A stretch of DNA of 63,798 nucleotides, filler included, from Licmophora abbreviata (lineage: Eukaryota), in the NCBI GenBank assembly GCA_900291995.1. It is 18 parts of 18 records of this genome, joined end to end, with 100 filler letters (N's around TTAATTAATTAA, not from the genome) between each part and the next. Parts side by side here need not be neighbours in the genome. Positions count along the whole stretch, not along the records: positions 56,754 to 60,535 come from OLMU01001829.1; positions 60,636 to 63,798 come from OLMU01001830.1; 16 more parts are not named here. One strand, written 5' to 3'. The notes under the pieces are model-generated. The model did not search any database and was not told the origin of the DNA. It was given only the letters and a program-made list of their open reading frames with translations. Below, piece by piece: positions 56,964 through 63,798 of the stretch. Made by a program: the position numbers and the translations under genes. Each line of letters begins with the position of its first letter. Position 1 is the first letter of the stretch.

Positions 56964-57922
56964 TGGAAGAGATGGCCATGAGCACAGCAGAACTGATCCC
57001 CGAGACGGCCGCACGCAAACCGCGGCTTGCCCTGATGGGAGAATTCAGCGCGGGCAAGAGCACGCTGTCGAACATGCTTCTGGGGGGCGCGCCGCTGCCG
57101 GTGCGGATCACCGCGACCCGCCTGCCGCCGATCTGGATCAGCCATGGCGCGGATCGCGCCGTGGCCGTGGGCCATGACGGGACCGAGCGGGATCTGGATA
57201 TCGCGGAGCTTGACGAGGTGTCGCTGGCGGATACGCGGGTGATCCGGCTGCAGACCGAAGCCGATACGCTGGAGATCTGCGATCTGATCGACATGCCGGG
57301 GATTTCCGACCCCAACATGTCCTCCGAGGTCTGGACGTCGATGATCCGCGAGGTCGACAGCGTCGTGTGGTGCACCCATGCGACACAGGCCTGGCGGCAA
57401 TCCGAGGCGGCGGTCTGGGACCAGATCGCCGGGGGCACCAACGGGCGCAACCTGTTGTTGATGACCCAGATGGACAAGCTGCGCAACACGCGCGACCGGA
57501 GCCGCGTGCTCAAGCGGGTGCAGAAAGAGGCGGGCGATCTTTTCGAGGCGATCTATCCGGTCTCATTGACCGAGGCGCTGGCCGCCGAAGAGGATGCGAG
57601 CCTTTGGGATGCCAGCGGTGCGGGGGCCTTTGTCGAGCATCTGGTCGATCTGCTGCTCAATGCGCCTTTGGCCGCGGGCACGGAGCCCTATCGGTCCGCG
57701 CCTGCGGGACATGATCCGTTCGACAGGCTGACCGGACAGGCCGAGAGCCCGTCGGCGCGGGCTGGGGTGGTGCTCGCTGCGGTCGAGGACCCGGCCAGCC
57801 CTGATGCGCGTGCGGACGTCGCGCCGGCGATCATGCCGCGGCGCGTGCAGGCGCCATCAGACAATCCGAGACGATCGGCGCGGCCCGGGCGATCCGGCCC
57901 GCCGGGCCACGGAGATGAATGA
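56960..57922 (+). CDS. dynamin-family GTPase 3 (GTPase domain only)
   Basis: LMGEFSAGKSTLSN, PVRITAT, DMPGISDP, TQMDKL; ATGA overlap with the previous gene. Confidence 0.88.
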   Translation: MMEEMAMSTAELIPETAARKPRLALMGEFSAGKSTLSNMLLGGAPLPVRITATRLPPIWISHGADRAVAVGHDGTERDLDIAELDEVSLADTRVIRLQTEADTLEICDLIDMPGISDPNMSSEVWTSMIREVDSVVWCTHATQAWRQSEAAVWDQIAGGTNGRNLLLMTQMDKLRNTRDRSRVLKRVQKEAGDLFEAIYPVSLTEALAAEEDASLWDASGAGAFVEHLVDLLLNAPLAAGTEPYRSAPAGHDPFDRLTGQAESPSARAGVVLAAVEDPASPDARADVAPAIMPRRVQAPSDNPRRSARPGRSGPPGHGDE

Positions 57923-57946
57923 CCAGATGATCGCAATGGGGGAAAA

Positions 57947-58312
57947 ATGAGCCTTTCGGACCGACTTGACGAGATGCGTGCCGGGATCGCGGGCTGTTCC
58001 CTGGTGTCGTTCGGGGATTTGCAGACCTCGCTGGCGCTGCGCACCAGTTCTGCGGCCCCATGCCCGCGCGAACGGCTGGACGAGATTTTCGCACAGGCGG
58101 CGGCAGGGTTCGCGGCGGCGGACAGGCTTGCGGCAGAGGCCGAGCCGGTCGGCGATCTGTTTGTTCTGACGCCTTCGGATGTGCGTGTCTTCGTGCGATC
58201 GCTGCGCAACCCGGCGGATGTGGTCTGTGCCGTGGGCGAGACGACGGACGCGATCGGGACGATGACCGCACGCGCGAAACTCATTCTTGATTACGCGGAG
58301 CGACCAAGCTGA
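57947..58312 (+). CDS. small protein, roadblock/LC7 (MglB/profilin-like) fold suspected
   Basis: 121 aa; LDEMRAGIAGCSLVSFGDLQTSLAL helix-beta-beta pattern; fold call is inference. Confidence 0.55.
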   Translation: MSLSDRLDEMRAGIAGCSLVSFGDLQTSLALRTSSAAPCPRERLDEIFAQAAAGFAAADRLAAEAEPVGDLFVLTPSDVRVFVRSLRNPADVVCAVGETTDAIGTMTARAKLILDYAERPS

Positions 58313-59112
58313 TGGGACGCATCTTGCCAGCCAGTTCGACGCCCGATACCAGCACCCTCCTGCATCTGCGCCGGACCCTAGCGCGCGTGGCAGCACCCGA
58401 TGCCGATCTGCGGGCGAGCCTGCGGGAAGTCGCACATGGCCCGGAGGATCTGATCCGTCTGGTGGCGCGGCAGATCGAAGAGACGGTGTTGCCCCGGTCC
58501 TATGCGCTGATCGCCGACCGGCAGGACCTGGCGCGGCTGAGCATTTCAAACCGCAGGCTGATGGCGCTTTCTTTGGTGACGCAGGAGACGGATATGGGTG
58601 CCGACGAGGGGGCGTTGAGCGCCGCACAGATCTATGCCCGGCGCTTGCATGCGCTGGCGCGCGATGGGGCAGGGCCGGTGCGCCTGCATCTGCTGGGCCG
58701 CGCCAGCGGGTTGGGCGGGGGCATGGCCAGTTGCTCGGCGCGGGCGCTGGCCGAAAGCTTTGCCGCATTGGGCGGCGATGGCGGGCTGAACGGCTTTTTC
58801 GAACTGCTGTCCGGGCAATGTCTGGCGTGGCTCAGGGTTGAGGGCGGGCACGGCGAGATCGGCAGCGCCGGGCCGGCTGATGTGCTCGCGACACTGCGGC
58901 GCTTGTTGCCGGAGCATGGCCGGACGGGCTGCCCCAAACTCGGGCAAAAACCGGCCTGCACGGTCATCGCGCTGGGCGATGCCGGGCGCGCGGTGATCGC
59001 GACCGTCGGCGCGGAGTGCATGCTGGCCCTGGTTCCCGAGGCGGGCATGGCGGCGGTGCTAGCGGCCTGGAAGGCGAGCCAACGCCCGGCACGGGCGGCG
59101 CAGAGGCCCTGA
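58312..59112 (+). CDS. hypothetical protein
   Basis: 266 aa; TGATG coupling to the previous gene. Confidence 0.7.
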   Translation: MGRILPASSTPDTSTLLHLRRTLARVAAPDADLRASLREVAHGPEDLIRLVARQIEETVLPRSYALIADRQDLARLSISNRRLMALSLVTQETDMGADEGALSAAQIYARRLHALARDGAGPVRLHLLGRASGLGGGMASCSARALAESFAALGGDGGLNGFFELLSGQCLAWLRVEGGHGEIGSAGPADVLATLRRLLPEHGRTGCPKLGQKPACTVIALGDAGRAVIATVGAECMLALVPEAGMAAVLAAWKASQRPARAAQRP

Positions 59113-59220
59113 GCTTCGGCGCGAGACGCGCCAAAGGCCCAAAATTCACCGCAATCGCGACCAAATAAATTCGCGAAGCACCGATAGACCGGGGCAATTG
59201 TAGAGCTGGTAATTCAAGAC

Positions 59221-60535
59221 ATGAACACAACGGACGATCCCAAGGTCAGACTGGAACATGACCTGTCGAGCGACACGCTTGAGCGGCAGTTGCGCGACTA
59301 TGTCAACATCACCAAGAAACTGATCTGGCAACGCCAGGCGAGCTTTCTTGCGGCGATGATCCTGTCGGCTTTCTATTTCGATCCGGCGCTTGCGCTGGTG
59401 TGCTATTCGGGTCTGTTGTTCAGCGAAGTTCTGGATCTGGTTCTGACCCGGCGCGTTCAGCAGTGGGAGGGCAACGACCCGGTCGCGGCGCGCAGATTTC
59501 TTGTCTGGGTCATGGTCAATACCGGGATGAGCGCGGTCACCATCTCGCTTTTCGTGTTGTTGATCGCCATTCAGCAGAATTCCGGCGGCCATTTCATGCC
59601 GCTGTTCTTCCTGTTCGCGGCGGCGCTTTTCGCGGCGATGAACAACCACCAGATCCTGCCATCGCTGATCTTGCGGCTGATGATTTACGGGGCCACGTTC
59701 CTGACGATTTCGGTGATGGATATCGTCCTGCTCAGACCGCCGCTCGATTCGCATCACTGGCTTGAATTCTTCACGGTCGCCTTCGTGCTGTATTTCATCG
59801 TCGATTGTTCGTTCGTGTTTCTCAAGCTCTACCGCAAGGGCCTCAAGCAGCTGCAGAAGATCAAGCTGGAACATGACCGCGCCAAGCGCGCCTATGAGAT
59901 CAAGTCGCAATTCCTGTCGACGATGAGCCATGAGTTGCGCACGCCGCTGACCTCGATCAAGTTCTCGCTGGACCTGATGAATTCAGGCTGTGTGGCGCAG
60001 GTGCCCGACGATCTGAAGCCGATCCTCGATATTGCGGTGAAGAACAGCAACCGGCTGGCCGAACTCATCAACGAGACGCTGGATCTGCAGAAGATCGAAA
60101 GCGGCGAGATGATCTTCCGCTTCCAGAGCCTTGATATCTCGCGGGTGGTCTCCGATAGCGTCGATGCGATCATGGCGCAGGCCAATGCCGAGCAGATCGA
60201 AGTGCGCAAGGAATTCCCGGAAGACGAGGTGTTCATCAACGGCGACGAGGCGCGCATCCAGCAGGTGCTTGGCAACCTGTTGTCGAACGCGTTGAAATTC
60301 TCGGAGGCGGGGGGCGTCATCACGGTCCGGGTTGAGCAGAACAAGGACCGTGTGCGCGTCAGCGTGCAGGATACCGGCACAGGGATTCCGGAAAACTGCG
60401 AGGCACAGGTGTTCGGCCGGTTCAGCCAGGTGGATTCGTCGGATCGGCGCAAGGTCGGCGGGACCGGTCTTGGCATGAATATCTCAAAGCGGATCATCGA
60501 GCGGCATAACGGCACGATCCACTACAAGAGCCGCC
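59221..60535 (+). CDS. membrane sensor histidine kinase (3' end in gap)
   Basis: Several TM segments; SHELRTPL, NLLSNALKF, DTGTGIP, GGTGLG. Confidence 0.95.
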
Positions 60536-60731
60536 NNNNNNNNNNNNNNNNNNNNNNNNNNNNNNNNNNNNNNNNNNNNTTAATTAATTAANNNNNNNNN
60601 NNNNNNNNNNNNNNNNNNNNNNNNNNNNNNNNNNNCGCAATCACGATGCGGCGCAGGACTGGTCCGGCGGGGCCGACCGGCATCTCGGGGAAGGGCGGAT
60701 GGTCGCCGGGGAGTGATCCCCGGCGTGCGGC

Positions 60732-61478
60732 TCAATTCATCGCGTTGACGGCGTTGAACAGGATGGCCTGGCTATACGTGCCGTCGATATGGAAGCGCGG
60801 GCCGATCGGCACGGCGCGCAGATCGAGCCGCCGCAACCAACGCGCCCAGATCGCCGGAACGATGCCGATCACATGCGATGCCCCTTCGGCCCGCGCGGTC
60901 GAGATCAGCTTGCTGACAAGCACCTGCTGGATATCGAAGCGGCGTTGGGCGGGCACGGTCTCGGTGATGAACACGCGCGCGGCTTCCCAGACCTTGGGAT
61001 CGACCGGGGCCTGCATGAACAAAACATCCGTCGGCATGTTGTCCAGAATGCCGCGCTGCGCATCGCGCAGCATGTAGCTGTAGATGCCGCAGTGGGCCGT
61101 GGTCGGCAGAAGCCGGATACCGGCCAGGATCTCGCCGAATTCATGCACGACGATCCAGCGGCATTGCGGCGTGTCGTACTGGTCGAACTCCATGCCGTCG
61201 GTCTGATAGATGTCCCAGTCCAGCTGATCGATGAACACGTGTTTGCGCGCCCTGAGGTAATTGACCAGCAGCTCACCGTAATTGTGCATGTTGGCGAAAG
61301 ACAGGCTGCTGGCGCGGACATTCGCGATCCCGGTGCTCTGGTTGCGTTCCGCGCGAATTCTGAGGCGTTTCTTGTCACGGCTGCTCGTTAGCGCCCGCGA
61401 GGGCGCTCCATCCGGTGACAGCTCTGGAAATACGGACGCTGCCGGAGAAGTTTCCGGAGGCACTTTAAATGTTTTCAT
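60732..61478 (-). CDS. LuxI-family acyl-homoserine-lactone synthase
   Basis: RKHVFIDQLDW, EFDQYD, IRLLPT, VWEAAR; start uncertain. Confidence 0.85.
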   Translation of the reverse strand: MKTFKVPPETSPAASVFPELSPDGAPSRALTSSRDKKRLRIRAERNQSTGIANVRASSLSFANMHNYGELLVNYLRARKHVFIDQLDWDIYQTDGMEFDQYDTPQCRWIVVHEFGEILAGIRLLPTTAHCGIYSYMLRDAQRGILDNMPTDVLFMQAPVDPKVWEAARVFITETVPAQRRFDIQQVLVSKLISTARAEGASHVIGIVPAIWARWLRRLDLRAVPIGPRFHIDGTYSQAILFNAVNAMN

Positions 61479-61704
61479 AACCTGCGCTCAATAATGGCTT
61501 TTTAGTGGCTATTATGAGACATGGTGATGCATTTGTGCCAGTTCTTTTTTGCGTTGGCGCAACATTTGGCTGGCTTGCGGCAAGATTGTCCTTGATTTGA
61601 AGGCTATCGCGCCACGCATGACTTGGCGGCAGGCGTGGCTTTGCCACGTTTTTCCTGAGATTTTGGGGGTTTGGTCGCGCGCAAAGCCGCGCTGGCCGCC
61701 GGTC

Positions 61705-62802
61705 TCAGCCTTTGGGCATGAGCATCTTGGCAGGCGGCCAGTTGCCGTCTGAACTGCGGATATCGTCCTTGAAGAGTGCGCGATAGCCGCGCGCTTCGAG
61801 ATGCGCCAGCTCGTCGTTGAAATAGAGGTTGCCCAATTGCCGTGCCGGAACCTTGTCGAGCGATTTGGCGATGTTCAGCGACTCGACGCTTTTGACCGCC
61901 TCGTAAAGCGCAAAAATCGCATCATCGGGGGTCTTGACCCTGAAGGGCACCCCCAGCACGTGGTGCACCCGGGCCTGTGCCGCCGCATCCGCGCGATCAA
62001 GCTGGCCTGCGGCCTGTGCCAAAGCCCTCTGAAGGCGTGCATTGAGAAGCCGGGCGAAGCCGGGGCAGGCGATCAAAAAGATGCCCCTGCCGCGATAGGA
62101 AAACATCGCGTCGAGCTTGCGCATGCCGACCGACAGCAATCTGCCATAGGCCGAGATTACGCGGATCAGCTCGGCGCCGGACAGTTCGTCCTGCAACCGC
62201 TCGAAATTCGAGATCTTCAAAGCGCCGACGCTGAACCGCTTGGAGGTCTGCTGCGCGCGTTTGAGCACGAAATTCTCGAAGGCGAGATATTCCACGAGCC
62301 GCGGCAGATCCAGCGATTCAAGATGCGCGGCAAGGTCGATATCGGATGACGTGATCGTGCGCGCGACAGGCTGTCCAAAGGCATCGACACCGCCTGCGGG
62401 CTTGTAATGGGCGATATCCGTGCGCTGCCACGATCGCAGCTTTTCGCGCAGATCCTGAAAGTCGAACGGCTTGTTCAGATAATCCGACGCCCCTGCCGCG
62501 AACGCGTTGTCGAGATAGTGGCGTTGTGACATCGCGGTCAGCATGATGACGGGCGTCGTCGCATAGCGCGGATCGGTGCGGACATACCGGCACAGGCTGA
62601 TCCCATCAAGCTCGGGCATCTGAATGTCGAACAGCAGGCAATCGAAGGCGGTTTCATCCTTCTTGAGGATATTGATGGCTTCCGCACCCGAAAGGGCCGT
62701 GACAATCTCGTGATTGTCGCTGGCGCTGAGCGATCGTTCGATCAGTTCGACGAAGGAATCGTCATCATCCACGGTGAGGATCTTCATCCGGGTATCCGCC
62801 AT
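61705..62802 (-). CDS. response regulator (REC + degenerate GGDEF-like C-terminus)
   Basis: ILTVDDD, FDIQMPELDG, MLTA, KPF; MFSYRGRGIFL where GGDEF would lie. Confidence 0.85.
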   Translation of the reverse strand: MADTRMKILTVDDDDSFVELIERSLSASDNHEIVTALSGAEAINILKKDETAFDCLLFDIQMPELDGISLCRYVRTDPRYATTPVIMLTAMSQRHYLDNAFAAGASDYLNKPFDFQDLREKLRSWQRTDIAHYKPAGGVDAFGQPVARTITSSDIDLAAHLESLDLPRLVEYLAFENFVLKRAQQTSKRFSVGALKISNFERLQDELSGAELIRVISAYGRLLSVGMRKLDAMFSYRGRGIFLIACPGFARLLNARLQRALAQAAGQLDRADAAAQARVHHVLGVPFRVKTPDDAIFALYEAVKSVESLNIAKSLDKVPARQLGNLYFNDELAHLEARGYRALFKDDIRSSDGNWPPAKMLMPKG

Positions 62803-63258
62803 TCTGGAAACAGGTGTCTTGGACTGAAGGAACTCGATACCCAAACTCTCAATGGAGGCTGCCCGACAAATCGGGAAAATCTTTGTGCAAATTAAGGTCG
62901 AACTTGGATGATCCGGGCGGGCAAGCGATGCAGGATTCGGGATCTTTTGGGCGCGATGCCGCCCCCGGTGCCCAGTTTTTACATCATTCTGCCAAATTCT
63001 TCATGGCCCGAGCATGGCCGTATCCGACGTCCCTGCCGCCTATCTCCCTTCAAAACATCGGAAAAAACCGATTCCCCGCGTGGCCTTTGGGCATGTGTTC
63101 GGCGCGGCCTTTGGCCAGTGGACGTCACTCTAACGCCATATTTTGAACGACATCGTTAACTAGCCTGACAAATGTGTGTCGGTACGCATCCAAAGCCTGC
63201 GGGACGTATCTTTTTTGCAGTCAGCAGTCATTCGTGGATCACACGGGAGACCGACAGG

Positions 63259-63798
63259 ATGAAGATTCTGCTGGTAGACGATGACGAAAGCATTCTGGCC
63301 CTGCTCAAGCAATTCCTGAGCGTGTCGTGCGGGCATGAGGTAACCGCCTGCCCGGGCGGCGTGGAGGCGTTGGACTGCATCGCAACCAGCGAAGAGCAGT
63401 TCGACTGTTTCGTGCTCGACATCCAGATGCCGCAGATCGACGGGATCACCTTGTGTGAAAAGATCCGCAACACGCCCCGTTATGCCAATACGTCGATCAT
63501 CATGCTGACGGCGATGGCGCAGCTCGACCATCTGGATCGCGCCTTTGCGGCGGGGGCCAACGACTATATCACCAAACCCTTCGAGCTTGGTGAATTGCGG
63601 GCGCGGATCAAGAGCAGCCAGCGGTTCGCCCGCAGCGAAGGGCCTGAAAGCAGCAGCTCGTCGATGGAGAGCGCCGAAAGCCCCCGGACCGGTGGAGATG
63701 CGCCCTCTGACGACACGACCGAGGATGATGGCTTCGCCGAAGTCATCGACATCCGCAATATCGATCGCGTTCTCAGCTACACCGCCTTCGAGAATTAC
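63259..63798 (+). CDS. paralogous response regulator (runs off window)
   Basis: Manual translation MKILLVDDD..LDIQMPQIDG..MLTAM..TKPF..RVLSYTAFENY. Confidence 0.9.
   Translation, partial: MKILLVDDDESILALLKQFLSVSCGHEVTACPGGVEALDCIATSEEQFDCFVLDIQMPQIDGITLCEKIRNTPRYANTSIIMLTAMAQLDHLDRAFAAGANDYITKPFELGELRARIKSSQRFARSEGPESSSSSMESAESPRTGGDAPSDDTTEDDGFAEVIDIRNIDRVLSYTAFENY

Overview
High-GC alphaproteobacterial DNA, Rhodobacteraceae/Roseobacter-type judging by gene content. It is a draft scaffold with 17 artificial 100-nt linkers (N44-TTAATTAATTAA-N44). (1) 1-38551: an aerobic-anoxygenic-phototroph-type photosynthesis gene cluster: crtIB-tspO, crtCD, crtF, bchCXYZ-pufQBALMC, dxs, cycA-hemA-puhE-acsF-puhCBA-lhaA-bchMLHBNF, ppaA-ppsR, bchG-bch2-bchP-idi, bchEJ. 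It carries several PpsR boxes and an FNR box. (2) 38520-50044: an uncharacterised catabolic cluster with a ThDP enzyme, TctABC-type transporter, LysR, TauE/SafE exporter, enolase-superfamily enzyme, two-subunit Fe-S hydratase and a four-subunit SDH/FRD paralogue, plausibly for a sulfonated or dicarboxylic acid. (3) 50687-63798: a signalling region. A co-oriented run encodes a Hanks Ser/Thr kinase, FHA protein, PP2C phosphatase, three dynamin-like GTPases, a roadblock-like protein and an unknown protein. A membrane histidine kinase, a LuxI-family synthase and two divergent paralogous response regulators follow. The kinase/FHA/PP2C/triple-dynamin run is the best candidate for an undescribed system. 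Fine-scale signals include a dispersed 11-bp tandem repeat at three loci, a palindromic element apparently in frame within bchB, micro-ORFs bridging PGC genes, and a 391-nt crtD/crtC overlap.
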